DNA of 62,746 nucleotides from an uncultured Bifidobacteriaceae bacterium (GTDB taxonomy: Bacteria > Acidobacteriota > Vicinamibacteria > Vicinamibacterales > JAMQPK01). Below, in pieces: positions 1 to 9,260 of this stretch (within the stretch, counting starts at the first letter, position 1; each line of letters begins with the position of its first letter). The notes beneath the pieces were generated by a model. It did not search any database. It was not told where the DNA came from and saw only the letters and a program-made list of their open reading frames with translations. The stretch is from contig CAYHHH010000009.1 in NCBI GenBank assembly GCA_964356125.1, positions 1 to 62,746 on the forward strand, given 5' to 3'. A program made the translations under genes and the position numbers.

Positions 1-303
1 CTGATGGCGCACCACGCGCTCGCCCATGTGCACGTGCACGGTGAGGACCCGCGCGCGCGCCGGCGATCCGAGGCGTGCCGTGTGGTCTTCATTGGGCGCG
101 AGCTGCCCCGGCACCTCGACGACCTCGGCGGCCGTCGACGCCACCGCTGGGCTCCATCGAATGCCGGCGTGCGCAATCTGTTCGCGCGTCATCGCGAGGT
201 CGCGCTGCGCCACATCCTGGAGCGGCGCGTCGGGCTCGACGGCTCCACTGCCGCACGCGGCCAACGCGAGCCCGCCGATCACGGCAATCACTCGGGGCGT
301 CAT
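1..303 (-). CDS. RND-type efflux periplasmic adaptor (membrane fusion protein, CzcB/HlyD-like), N-terminal fragment; the gene continues beyond the window start
   Basis: Hand translation of the minus strand from ATG 303-301 gives MTPRVIAVIGGLALAACGSGAVEPD... (lipoprotein-type signal). It continues ...MTREQIAHAGIRW...VVEVPGQL...ARVLTVHVHMGERV, the typical N-terminal/barrel-sandwich pattern of CzcB-type adaptors. ATGA overlap with the stop of the upstream TolC-like gene. Absent from the ORF track because there is no stop inside the window. Confidence 0.7.
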   Translation of the reverse strand, partial: MTPRVIAVIGGLALAACGSGAVEPDAPLQDVAQRDLAMTREQIAHAGIRWSPAVASTAAEVVEVPGQLAPNEDHTARLGSPARARVLTVHVHMGERVVRHQ

Positions 304-1619
304 GGCTGATCTCCTGCACGGTCTGCCATCGTCGGCGCCGTGCTCCACGTACGAAGCAACTCGAACGCGGCACCCGGCTCCGGCGCCGTCGCGAGCGCGA
401 GATCGAACAGGCTTTCGCGCTGGGCGAACAGCGTGCGCGCGTAGGCCAGCCGCGCGTCGGCGAGCATCCTCGTCGCGTCGAGCACCTGCAGCAGCGAGGC
501 TCCACCTTCCTGGTAGGCGGCGAGCGTGAGCTGATGCACGTGTCCGGCGCGGGCCAGAAACGTCTGCTGAAGCTCGGCGAGCTGCCTGGTCAGACGCGTC
601 GCCGCGCCATGCGCGCCCTCCACGCCGGCTCGGACGCTGCGCTCCACCCACACAAGCTCCTGCTCCGCGGCAACCCGCTCGCTCGCCGCGCGCGCGATGG
701 GCCCGCCGTTCAGGTTGAACAACGGAATCGTCACGCTCAGGCCGGCCACGATCGCGCTGCGCCCCTCGACGCGCTTGCTGCCAAACGTGGCGCCGAGCTG
801 CCGCATGGTGAGCGATCGTTCGTACTGCGCTGCCGCAGCCGCCGATGCCGCGCGTGCCCGGCTCGACACGATCTCCGGTCTTCCTTCGCGCGCGGCGGCC
901 AGGACGGCGTCGAGCGCCGGAATCGGCGACACCGCGAGGGCGGGTGGCACGGGAACAGAGGCGCGGATGGCCGCGAGCCCGCCGCGCGCGCGCGCGCCGA
1001 GATACGGCGACAGCCGCGCGCGGCTGCGGGTGAACTCCACCTCCGCGAGCACGACGTCGTTCACGGCGCGGGAGAGCTCCACCTCGAGCCGCAGCAGCTC
1101 GCCTTCGGCCGTCACCCCTTCGCCAACCCGCGCGCGATTGTAGGAAACGAGCTGCTCCAGCCGATCGCGGTTCTCTTCGGCCTCCTCGTGCAGCACCTGC
1201 GCGAGCGCCACACCGAAGAAGGCCCGCACGGTGTCGGCCACCACGAGCCGGCGCGCGAGCATCAGCGAGGCGTTGGCGGCGCGCACGTCCTCCTCGGCGC
1301 GGCGCACCCGTGGCGCGCGCTGCAACAGCGACTCGATCGGATAGCTGAAATACAGGGACGATTCCCGCGGCCGATCGTTCTCCATCCAGAACGTGCCGAT
1401 CGGGTTCGCCAGCGCGCGCATCCCATCCCGCTCGCTGCGAGCGGCATCGGCGCGCGCGTGTGCCGCTTCCACCAACGGGTGCTGGGCGAGGGCCGCCGCC
1501 ACCACATCCTCGAGCGTCCATACGTGTGACGGCTCCGGCGGTGCGGCCACTTGCGCGACGACACCCGACGCGGGCGCCACGAGCATCACGAGCGCCGCCA
1601 GCCACACGCCACGAGACAT
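300..1619 (-). CDS. TolC-family outer membrane efflux protein (CzcC-like)
   Basis: ORF 300..1745 trimmed to ATG 1619 (MSRGVWLAALVMLVAPASG signal peptide). Long Ala/Arg/Glu/Leu-rich helical repeats in two halves, typical of outer membrane factors. Followed by an adaptor gene in czcC-czcB order. Confidence 0.85.
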   Translation of the reverse strand: MSRGVWLAALVMLVAPASGVVAQVAAPPEPSHVWTLEDVVAAALAQHPLVEAAHARADAARSERDGMRALANPIGTFWMENDRPRESSLYFSYPIESLLQRAPRVRRAEEDVRAANASLMLARRLVVADTVRAFFGVALAQVLHEEAEENRDRLEQLVSYNRARVGEGVTAEGELLRLEVELSRAVNDVVLAEVEFTRSRARLSPYLGARARGGLAAIRASVPVPPALAVSPIPALDAVLAAAREGRPEIVSSRARAASAAAAAQYERSLTMRQLGATFGSKRVEGRSAIVAGLSVTIPLFNLNGGPIARAASERVAAEQELVWVERSVRAGVEGAHGAATRLTRQLAELQQTFLARAGHVHQLTLAAYQEGGASLLQVLDATRMLADARLAYARTLFAQRESLFDLALATAPEPGAAFELLRTWSTAPTMADRAGDQP

Positions 1620-1792
1620 GCATCCTCCACCAAGACCGGGTGACCCACCCACTTCCGAGCAAGCGAGGTACCACTGCACACGCGTCCACATTCGCGAGCA
1701 ATTACGCACGCGTCGGTGTTGGTCGCGATCACCCATGTATGGCATGACTGGGGAGTTTTCCAGCTTATTGGGGAAATTTGCGCACCAGGAAA

Positions 1793-2488
1793 TCAGGACG
1801 CCGCCAGCTCTTCGAGCGCGTTCTTGTCGATGAGCATAAACCCATCCTTCTCAGTGCGGACGATGTCGTCCTTGCCCCATCGGCTCATGATGCGGATGCA
1901 CGTCTCGATCGTCGTGCCGGTCAGGTCCGCAAGCTCCTGCCGCGACAAGACCATGGGAATCGCGATGCCCTCTGGCTCGGGGCGCCCGATGTTTTCGCCG
2001 AGCTTCAGGAACAGCCGCGCGATGCGTGCTTCCACACGGCCTCCGGTCAACTCCGTCAGGCGGTTGGTCAGCTCGACGAGCCGCTGCGTCAAACCGAAGA
2101 GCAAGCCTCGCACGAGTGACGGATGCTGTTCGAGCAGCGCGAAGAACGCCTGACGCGGCGTCAACAGGCACACGGTGTCTTCCAGCGCGATCGCCGATGC
2201 GGGAAACGGGCGGCCTTCGTACGCGGCCACGGCGCCGAATGGATCTCCGACGCCGAACAGCTCGAGAATGACGTCCTTGCCCGCCGGCGTCATCTTGACG
2301 ATCTTCACCCGCCCGCTGACGACGACCGAGAAAAACTCGGACGGCTCCCCCTCCCCGAAAATGGGCTCGCCTTTGGCGTACGTCTTCACATGCGAGACGC
2401 CGGCGAGCCGGCTGCGATCCTCCTGGTTGAGTCGCCTGAACATCGACGTTCGCCGGATCGCTTCCTCGATTTCAGCGGTTGTGGACAT
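1793..2488 (-). CDS. Crp/Fnr-family transcriptional regulator (DNR/NnrR-like, no FNR-type Cys cluster)
   Basis: ORF 1793..2518 (TTG) trimmed to ATG 2488. N-terminal cNMP-binding-type beta-roll (FRRLNQEDRSRLA...GEPIFGEGEPSEFFSVVVSGRVKI). C-terminal HTH LSRQELADLTGTTIETCIRIMSRW. Only two Cys in total, so no N-terminal Fe-S motif. Confidence 0.9.
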   Translation of the reverse strand: MSTTAEIEEAIRRTSMFRRLNQEDRSRLAGVSHVKTYAKGEPIFGEGEPSEFFSVVVSGRVKIVKMTPAGKDVILELFGVGDPFGAVAAYEGRPFPASAIALEDTVCLLTPRQAFFALLEQHPSLVRGLLFGLTQRLVELTNRLTELTGGRVEARIARLFLKLGENIGRPEPEGIAIPMVLSRQELADLTGTTIETCIRIMSRWGKDDIVRTEKDGFMLIDKNALEELAAS

Positions 2489-2532
2489 GCAGGGAATTCT
2501 AGCCCAAGGCCCTTCCAATCCGTCACTTACGG

Positions 2533-2552
2533 CCTATGACGCTCGTCATAGG
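2533..2552. promoter_or_regulatory. Palindromic operator candidate CCTATGACG-CT-CGTCATAGG (core TATGAC-N4-GTCATA) in the divergent regulator/ric intergenic region
   Basis: Read directly from the sequence. The centre lies 54.5 nt from the regulator ATG (2488) and 53.5 nt from the ric ATG (2596). The same core recurs at four other operon heads. Confidence 0.7.
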
Positions 2553-2595
2553 CGGTGCCCGGCCGCGCACGTAGTCTACGTGCAGCAGGAGGAGT

Positions 2596-3348
2596 ATGAC
2601 CCGATCGAAATTGGAAAGCTCAACGCTCGGCGACCTCGTCTCACGCGACTCCCGCGCCGGCGCGATTCTCGACCGCTACGGCCTCGACTACTGCTGCGGC
2701 GGTGCGCGCAGTCTCGCGGAGAGCTGTCTGGAGCGAGGCATCAATCTCGTCGCGGTGCTGTCGGAGCTGGAAGCGCTCGATCCCGAATCGCGCGAACGCG
2801 TCGCCGATGACCCCGCCGCGCTCGTCGACTACATCGTCTTACGCCATCACGCGTACGTCCGCGCATCGTTGCCGATCATTCAGGCGCACCTCACGAAGGT
2901 GGTGGCTGCACACGGCGCCAACCACGCGGAGCTGACCCTCGTCGATGCGGAGTTTTCCAAGGCGGCCAAGGAGCTGTCCCAGCACATGGTGAAGGAGGAG
3001 CAGGTGCTGTTTCCCCACATTCGCGCGCTGGCCGAGGCGGTTCGCAGCGGCGGGCCGCCGCCCCCGGACATGTTCGGGACCGTCCAGAACCCGATCCGCA
3101 TGATGGAAATCGAGCACGAGATGGTCGGCGATGTGCTGGCGGCAATTCGTGGGCTGACCGGCGGCTTCCAGCCGCCACCCGATGCGTGCCCGACGTATTG
3201 CCTGGTGCTCGAGGAGATCGCAGCCTTCGAGCGCGATTTCGACGCACACGTGCATCTCGAGAACCACGTGCTGTTCCCCAAAGCGGTCGAGCTGGAATCG
3301 ACCCTCGAGCATGCGACACGCGGGCTGAAATGCCGGCAATCGGAATAG
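2596..3348 (+). CDS. ric: Iron-sulfur cluster repair di-iron protein (RIC; ScdA/YtfE family)
   Basis: N-terminal ScdA_N signature (AILDRYGLDYCCGG). This is followed by hemerythrin-like His/Glu motifs (IVLRHHAYV, HMVKEEQVLFP, MEIEHEMVG, HVHLENHVLFP). GGAGGAG RBS before the ATG. Confidence 0.9.
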   Translation: MTRSKLESSTLGDLVSRDSRAGAILDRYGLDYCCGGARSLAESCLERGINLVAVLSELEALDPESRERVADDPAALVDYIVLRHHAYVRASLPIIQAHLTKVVAAHGANHAELTLVDAEFSKAAKELSQHMVKEEQVLFPHIRALAEAVRSGGPPPPDMFGTVQNPIRMMEIEHEMVGDVLAAIRGLTGGFQPPPDACPTYCLVLEEIAAFERDFDAHVHLENHVLFPKAVELESTLEHATRGLKCRQSE

Positions 3349-3361
3349 GGACAGGTGACAT

Positions 3362-4531
3362 ATGACGACTAGGAATTTCGTGAGAGCACTCGTACTGGCA
3401 GGGTCCACCCTCGCGCTTGCGATCGCCGTCAGCGCGTGCCAGCGGCAGAACGCGCCCGCGGGCAGCACAGGAGGGGTACCCGGATTTCTCGATATCAGCG
3501 TGCCGCCACACCCGGCTGTGACGGAGGCGGTTCTCGCGCGCGGCAAGGAGATCTACGACCTCAACTGCGCGCATTGCCACGGTGAGAAAGGCGATGGCGC
3601 GGGCTACGGGGCGCCGTTCCTCGTGCCGCCGCCCCGCGACTTCGTCGCCGCACAATTCAAATTCCGGACGACGGCGTCCGGTCAACTGCCGACCGATGAT
3701 GACATCTTCCGCATCATCTCGCGCGGCGCCACCGGCACCGGCATGCCGCCGTGGCAGTACCTGCTCGACGACAGCGATCGCTGGGCGCTCGTCGACTACG
3801 TCAAGACGTTCTCGCCGCGGCTGAAAGACAGCCCCGCGCGAACGGCGATGGTGATAGCGGCGCCGCCAAGCGACCACCGAGACATCGAAAACGGCCGCGA
3901 GGTGTACGTGAAGATGCAGTGCGCGAAGTGCCACGGCGACGACGGCCGCGGGGTCGGTCCGTCCTCCGCCACGTTGCTCGACGCCAAGGGCAAATACATC
4001 AACACGCGGGACTTCACGCTCGCCACGTCGTATCGCACGGGGTTTTCCGAGCGCGAAATCGTCCGGACGATGGAGACCGGCATGAACGGCACGCCGATGC
4101 CCTCCTACACGGGCGTCATCTCGCCGAAAGACCAGCACGACATGGTCGCCTACCTGATGACGATGGCGAGCCACGGATCGGGCAATCAACGCCGCCAGAG
4201 CGCGCGAAGCATGGAAGGCGTCGGGGAGCCGGCGCGCGTGATTACGGTGCGCGAACATGCGTGGAAGTTCGAACCCTCTGAAATCCGCATCAAGGCAGGC
4301 GAGGTCGTGAAGATCGAATTCTCGACGACCGACAACGGTCTCGGCGCCGGTCACGGCTTCGCGCTGGACGGGTTCGACCAGGAAGTGTTCATGAACGGCG
4401 CGATGGTCGGGTCGTCGCTGTCGACGACGTTCAAAGTCGACGAACCCGGCCGCTACAACTTCTATTGCTCGACGCAGTGCAGCACAACCGACCTGCATCC
4501 ACATATGCACGGCACACTGGTGGTCGAATGA
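3362..4531 (+). CDS. Lipoprotein-type dihaem cytochrome c fused to a C-terminal cupredoxin domain (NosC-like electron donor candidate)
   Basis: Signal LALAIAVSAC. Two CxxCH motifs (CAHCH, CAKCH). C-terminal beta-sandwich ending in GHGFALDG...YNFYCSTQCSTTDLHPHMHGTLVV, with Cys/His/Met copper-ligand candidates. Sits immediately upstream of nosZ. Confidence 0.8.
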   Translation: MTTRNFVRALVLAGSTLALAIAVSACQRQNAPAGSTGGVPGFLDISVPPHPAVTEAVLARGKEIYDLNCAHCHGEKGDGAGYGAPFLVPPPRDFVAAQFKFRTTASGQLPTDDDIFRIISRGATGTGMPPWQYLLDDSDRWALVDYVKTFSPRLKDSPARTAMVIAAPPSDHRDIENGREVYVKMQCAKCHGDDGRGVGPSSATLLDAKGKYINTRDFTLATSYRTGFSEREIVRTMETGMNGTPMPSYTGVISPKDQHDMVAYLMTMASHGSGNQRRQSARSMEGVGEPARVITVREHAWKFEPSEIRIKAGEVVKIEFSTTDNGLGAGHGFALDGFDQEVFMNGAMVGSSLSTTFKVDEPGRYNFYCSTQCSTTDLHPHMHGTLVVE

Positions 4532-4554
4532 CCACCGCGAACGGAGAAGGGCTC

Positions 4555-6390
4555 ATGACACGAATCTTTGCCGTCATTCTCGCCGCCATCGTTGCGACCG
4601 CGGCCCTCACACAGGCTTTCGGTTGCGCCGACACGGGCTCCGCCCGATCGCGCGCAGCCGAAGACGTCTACGTGGCGCCGGGTGAGCACGACAAGTACTA
4701 CGCGTTCCTGTCGGGAGGACAGAGCGGCTCTGTCTTTGTCGTCGGTATCCCTTCCGGACGGCTCATCCGAGAAATTCCTGTGTTCGAGCCGAGAGCGGCG
4801 TACGGATACGCCGTTCATCCAAACGACCCGCGCCGGCGCCAGCTCGAAGAGACCGGTGGCGCGTGGGGCGACACGCACCATCCGGCACCGTCGGAAACCG
4901 ACGGGGTGTACGACGGAAAGTATCTGTGGATTAACGATCTCGCCAACGGCCGGCTCGCGCGTGTCCGCCTCGACGTCTTCGAGACCGATCGCATCCTGAA
5001 GATTCCAAACATGCAAGGGGCGCACGGCATCGCCGTGATCTCGCCGAATACGAAGTACATCGGCGTGAACGGCGAGTTCGAGCAACCCACCGATGGCCTT
5101 GCGACAAACCCAGCGCCATACACGTCAGTCGTGTCGTTCATCGACCCCGATTCGATGGCGGTGAAGTTCCAGGTGCGCGTCAACGGCAACATCGACATCG
5201 CCGACAGCTCGAAAGACGGAAAATATTTCTTCGCGACCGTCTACAACCTCGAGCAGGGCAAGACGATGGGGGGCATGATTCAGTTCGATCGCGACGCGCT
5301 CGCCGCCGTCGACATCGCCGCCGCCGAAAAAGCGGTCGCCGACGGCAAGGCGGTCGTCCGCAACGGCGTGCCCATCATCGACCCCGAGAATGCGCCCGGC
5401 GTGCTAACGCTGATTCCGGTTCCGAAGAACCCGCACGGCGTCAACGTCACGCCGGACGGACGATACGTGGTCGCCAGCGGGAAGCTCTCTCCGACGGTCT
5501 CCATCATCGATGCCAGGACGCTGAAGATTGTGGCGGAGCCGGAAGTCGGCCTCGGACCGCTGCACACGACGTTCGACAATCGCGGCAACGCCTACACGTC
5601 GCTGTTCCTCGACAGCCAGGTCGTGAAGTGGAATATCGACAAAGCGGTCGCCGGCGCCGACGACTACATCGTCGACCGCATCAACGTGCACTACAACATC
5701 GGCCACCTGCAGGCATCGGGTGGCGAGACGATGAAGCCGACGGGCGATTTCCTCCTGGCGCTCAACAAGCTCTCGAAGGATCAGTACCTGCCGGTCGGGC
5801 CCGACATGCCCGAAGCGCAGGAGCTGATCGATATTTCCGGCGAGAAGATGCGGATGATCGGCGCCTTCCCGACGCCGCCGGAGCCCCACGATGCGGTCTT
5901 CATGCCGGCCACGTTACTCAAAGGCAAGGTCAAGCAGGTGTTCGACCTCGAAGAGCATTCCATCAAAGAGGGCCAGGAGAGCGTCACGCGCACCGGGCCC
6001 AACGCCGTGACCGTGAACATGACGATGATCCGCAGCGCGTATACGCCCGAGACCATCGAAGTGCGCGAAGGCGATCGCGTGACGTTCCGGATGACGAACG
6101 TTGAAACCATCCGCGACATGACGCACGGATTTGCGCTTCCGGATCATGGCCTCAACGTGTCGCTGCCGCCGGGCGCCACGAGGGAGATCACCATCGACAC
6201 GCCGAAGCCCGGCGTCTACTGGTTCTACTGCACGAACTTCTGCAGCGCGCTGCATCTGGAGATGCGCGGCCGTCTCGTCGTGCAGCCGAAGGACGGACCC
6301 GTCAAAATGAGCGACTGGCGCGCGGGCCAGAACGTCGTCGGCATGCAGGTGCCAGGGGTGCCGTCAACGGAGAAAGGCAATGCCCGCTAA
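4555..6390 (+). CDS. nosZ: Nitrous-oxide reductase, Sec/lipoprotein-type signal (clade II-like)
   Basis: ORF 4465..6390 trimmed to ATG 4555, which follows GGAGAAGGG. The N-terminus MTRIFAVILAAIVATAALTQAFGC has no twin-arginine motif. GDTHHP propeller His motif. C-terminal CuA motif FYCTNFCSALHLEM (C-x3-C-x3-H-x2-M). Confidence 0.95.
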   Translation: MTRIFAVILAAIVATAALTQAFGCADTGSARSRAAEDVYVAPGEHDKYYAFLSGGQSGSVFVVGIPSGRLIREIPVFEPRAAYGYAVHPNDPRRRQLEETGGAWGDTHHPAPSETDGVYDGKYLWINDLANGRLARVRLDVFETDRILKIPNMQGAHGIAVISPNTKYIGVNGEFEQPTDGLATNPAPYTSVVSFIDPDSMAVKFQVRVNGNIDIADSSKDGKYFFATVYNLEQGKTMGGMIQFDRDALAAVDIAAAEKAVADGKAVVRNGVPIIDPENAPGVLTLIPVPKNPHGVNVTPDGRYVVASGKLSPTVSIIDARTLKIVAEPEVGLGPLHTTFDNRGNAYTSLFLDSQVVKWNIDKAVAGADDYIVDRINVHYNIGHLQASGGETMKPTGDFLLALNKLSKDQYLPVGPDMPEAQELIDISGEKMRMIGAFPTPPEPHDAVFMPATLLKGKVKQVFDLEEHSIKEGQESVTRTGPNAVTVNMTMIRSAYTPETIEVREGDRVTFRMTNVETIRDMTHGFALPDHGLNVSLPPGATREITIDTPKPGVYWFYCTNFCSALHLEMRGRLVVQPKDGPVKMSDWRAGQNVVGMQVPGVPSTEKGNAR

Positions 6391-6940
6391 CCGCCGTCTC
6401 TTCTTCGCAGCGGCCGTCCTCGTGGTGGCCGCTGCGTGGCTTCCCTACTGGGGATTCGTGATGTCGGCGCCCCAGTACCCGGACGAGAGCCTCGTGCTCA
6501 ACATCTCGCGCCAGGGCATTACTGGTGATGTGCAGGAAGTCGAGACGCTGCAGCAGTACATCGGTGTGCAGTTTCCGAAACACCTTTCGGAGCTCGAATG
6601 GCTCGTGCCGGCTATGCTTGCACTAGCCGTCGTGCTCGCGATCGGCGGCGTCGCCGGCGCCGGACTCGCGGGGCAAATCATCCGCTGGACCGCCGTGGGA
6701 TTGTTTATCGCGCTGCTCGCTTTCTGTGCGGTGACGGTACAGCGAAACCTCTATGCGGTCGGCCACAACCGCAATCCCGACGCGCCGATCACCGCGATCA
6801 AGGACTTCACGCCGCGATTCATCGGGCCGACGAAAGTCGGCAACTTCACGGTGTGGTCGTTCCCGCACGTCGGCGGCCTCGCGCTGGTCGCCGCGCTCTC
6901 GCTCGCCGCGTTCGGATCGATGCGAGGCGTCCGGCCATGA
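6380..6940 (+). CDS. nosB: Small polytopic membrane protein of clade II nos clusters (NosB-like)
   Basis: About 4 hydrophobic segments. The position directly between nosZ and nosD matches the clade II arrangement. 11-nt overlap with nosZ and ATGA overlap with nosD. Assignment by context and topology only. Confidence 0.6.
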   Translation: MPANRRLFFAAAVLVVAAAWLPYWGFVMSAPQYPDESLVLNISRQGITGDVQEVETLQQYIGVQFPKHLSELEWLVPAMLALAVVLAIGGVAGAGLAGQIIRWTAVGLFIALLAFCAVTVQRNLYAVGHNRNPDAPITAIKDFTPRFIGPTKVGNFTVWSFPHVGGLALVAALSLAAFGSMRGVRP

Positions 6941-8277
6941 AGAAGGTGCTGCTTGCGGCGGCGTTCGCGGTCATGGCGATTCCGGGCGCCGGTGAAGCGC
7001 GCGTCTGGACCGTCGGCCGCGGCAGCACGGATTTTCCGCTCATCGCTCCCGCAATCGCGCACGCGGAAGACGGCGATGAGATTCGAATCGGACCAGGCGT
7101 CTATCGCGAGGATCTGGTGCTCGCGAAGCGCCTCTCGCTGGTTGGCGTGGGGCGGCCGGTCCTGTTCGGCACGGAGCGCGGCACGGTCATCGACGTGCGC
7201 GCCGATGGCTGCACGATCAGCGGTCTCATCATCGATGGCACCGGGGTGGGCGCCGGTAATCAGATGGACGCGGCCGTCCGCCTGACGTCCAACAACAACA
7301 TCGTCAGCGGCAACGAGATGCGGCGCGTCTTCTATGGGGTCGTCATCGCGGGGGGATCGGGCAACGTCGTCGCCGACAACTCGATCGAAGGGCTGCTCGA
7401 CCTGCCGTTCGGCCGGCGCGGCGATGGCATCTACGTCTATCAGGGCCCACGCAATCACATCCTGCGTAATCGGGTTGTCGGCCAGCGCGACGCCATCTTC
7501 CTGCAGTACGCCCACAACGTGCGCGTCGAGCACAACATCGTCGAGCGCTCGCGATACGGGCTCCACGACATGTTTTCCGACGACACGATCGTGCGTGACA
7601 ACGTGTTTCGCACGTCGCTCGTCGGCGCCAATATCATGAATTCGAAACGCCTGACGCTCGAGCGAAACGAGTTCGCGCACAACCGCGGCATCACCGCCGT
7701 GGGCCTGACCCTTAAGGATTGCGACGGATCGACCGTTTCCGACAACCGGTTTACAGGCAACGCCCGCGGACTGCAGCTCGACGGATCGTCCGGCAATCGA
7801 TTCGTGAAGAACCGGTTTGCGCAGAACGACGTCGCGGTGCGCCTCCTCGCCAGCGCCGAGCGCAACATGTTCTCGGCCAACGAATTCGTGCAGAACTGGA
7901 GCGACGTCGTCGAGAGCGGGCGCGACAGCACGAATGCCTGGAGCGTTGCGGGGGTCGGCAATCGCTGGAGCCGCTACAGCGGTTTCGACTTCGACGGCGA
8001 TGGCGTCGGCGAGTCCGCCCATTCACTGCTCCGCCCGTTCGAGCGCATTGAGGGGGCGAACGAGCTCGCGCGCCTCTATCTGCAGAGTCCCGCGGCTGGC
8101 GCGCTCGATCTGGCTGCTCGCAGCGTGCCTGCCTCAGGCGGTGCATCCATCGACGATCACCCACTGACCGGCGCGCCTCAACGCGGAACGGGCCGCGAAT
8201 GGCTCGTGGCCGCCGCACTCCTGCTCTTTCCACTTCTGCGAGCCGCGCGGCGCATGCGCGCGAAGGTGACGGCATGA
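6937..8277 (+). CDS. nosD: Periplasmic copper-binding beta-helix protein NosD
   Basis: ORF 6598..8277 trimmed to ATG 6937 (MKKVLLAAAFAVMAIPGAGEA signal). Repeated parallel beta-helix turns (NNNIVSGNEM, GNVVADNSIEG, HNIVERS, DNVFRTS, RNEFAHN, DNRFTGN, KNRFAQN). Confidence 0.9.
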   Translation: MKKVLLAAAFAVMAIPGAGEARVWTVGRGSTDFPLIAPAIAHAEDGDEIRIGPGVYREDLVLAKRLSLVGVGRPVLFGTERGTVIDVRADGCTISGLIIDGTGVGAGNQMDAAVRLTSNNNIVSGNEMRRVFYGVVIAGGSGNVVADNSIEGLLDLPFGRRGDGIYVYQGPRNHILRNRVVGQRDAIFLQYAHNVRVEHNIVERSRYGLHDMFSDDTIVRDNVFRTSLVGANIMNSKRLTLERNEFAHNRGITAVGLTLKDCDGSTVSDNRFTGNARGLQLDGSSGNRFVKNRFAQNDVAVRLLASAERNMFSANEFVQNWSDVVESGRDSTNAWSVAGVGNRWSRYSGFDFDGDGVGESAHSLLRPFERIEGANELARLYLQSPAAGALDLAARSVPASGGASIDDHPLTGAPQRGTGREWLVAAALLLFPLLRAARRMRAKVTA

Positions 8278-9260
8278 TCGAGCTGCTTGGACTCAACAAA
8301 ACGTACGGCACGCGCGCCATCCTCTCGAACGCCTCGCTCACCGTCAGAGGCGGCGAGAGCATCGCCCTCATCGGCGCGAACGGCAGCGGCAAGACGACCA
8401 CGCTGCGGTGCGCGATCGGGCTTGCGCGGCCTGCGAGCGGTCGCATTCTGATCGACGGCATCGATATGACGGCCCGCCCATGCGACGCACGCGCGAAGCT
8501 CAGTTACCTGGCGCAGCGCACAGAATTTCCGAGCACGCTGACCGTCCGTGAAATTCTGTCGGTCGTCGCACAGCTTCGCGGCGCGGATGCCGGCACCGTC
8601 GACCGTGAGATTTCTCTGTGCGGTTTAAGCCGGCTGGCGGGACGGACCGTCGGCCAGCTCTCGGGCGGCGAGCGTCAGCGGATTGCCATCGCGGCGCTCT
8701 TTATTCCCGATGTTCTCGCCTATGTGCTCGACGAGCCGACGACCAACCTCGACCCGATTGGGGTGCAGGTCCTCGTCGACCGTCTCGCCGCCGCGAGAGA
8801 CGCTGGGCACGCGGTGTTGTTCACCACACACGCCACCGCGGAGCTTGGCGACCTGGCGACAGCCGTCGCGACGCTGCGCGACGGACAGATTGCCCTGGCT
8901 GCACACGATATCCCGCCGGGCGAGCGCCACCTGTCAATGGCGGTCGACGGCCGAGTCGAATCGTGGGTCGGCGCCGCTCTTCGAGCCGGCGCCCGCCGCG
9001 CGTGGCCTGGCAGCGGCCGTCTCCACGTCGTTGTGTCAGACGGCTCCGTCAGCGCGTTGCTGGGACGGCTGGAATGCGAGGGGGCGCGCGTCACTGATTA
9101 CCGGAGCGAAAGCGCGCTCGCGGCCGCGCTCGAAGGGCTGTACACGGAGGAACATCATGATGAAGTCGCGCGTCCTCACAGCGTCGATCGCTGTGTGGCT
9201 GATGGCGAGTTGTGGCGCGGCGCGGCCTGGGCCCGAGCCGATTCCGCTGGACCGCGCTAA
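8274..9260 (+). CDS. nosF: ABC transporter ATP-binding protein NosF
   Basis: Start ATG 8274 (ATGA overlap with the nosD stop). Walker A GANGSGKTT, signature LSGGERQR, Walker B AYVLDEPT. The reading frame runs 104 nt into nosL. Confidence 0.9.
   Translation: MIELLGLNKTYGTRAILSNASLTVRGGESIALIGANGSGKTTTLRCAIGLARPASGRILIDGIDMTARPCDARAKLSYLAQRTEFPSTLTVREILSVVAQLRGADAGTVDREISLCGLSRLAGRTVGQLSGGERQRIAIAALFIPDVLAYVLDEPTTNLDPIGVQVLVDRLAAARDAGHAVLFTTHATAELGDLATAVATLRDGQIALAAHDIPPGERHLSMAVDGRVESWVGAALRAGARRAWPGSGRLHVVVSDGSVSALLGRLECEGARVTDYRSESALAAALEGLYTEEHHDEVARPHSVDRCVADGELWRGAAWARADSAGPR

Noticed and set aside
6598-6936. N-terminal extensions offered by the ORF track, for example nosD from 6598, nosF from 8199, nosZ from 4465, narJ from 13310, FAD oxidoreductase from 41100, chaperone from 45874, DUF5916 from 25547 and radical SAM from 52969.
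   Set aside because: The extensions overlap the preceding gene and are Arg-rich nonsense. Internal starts with an RBS and/or a signal peptide and 4-nt start/stop overlaps give canonical protein N-termini. The track also counts GTG and TTG as M.
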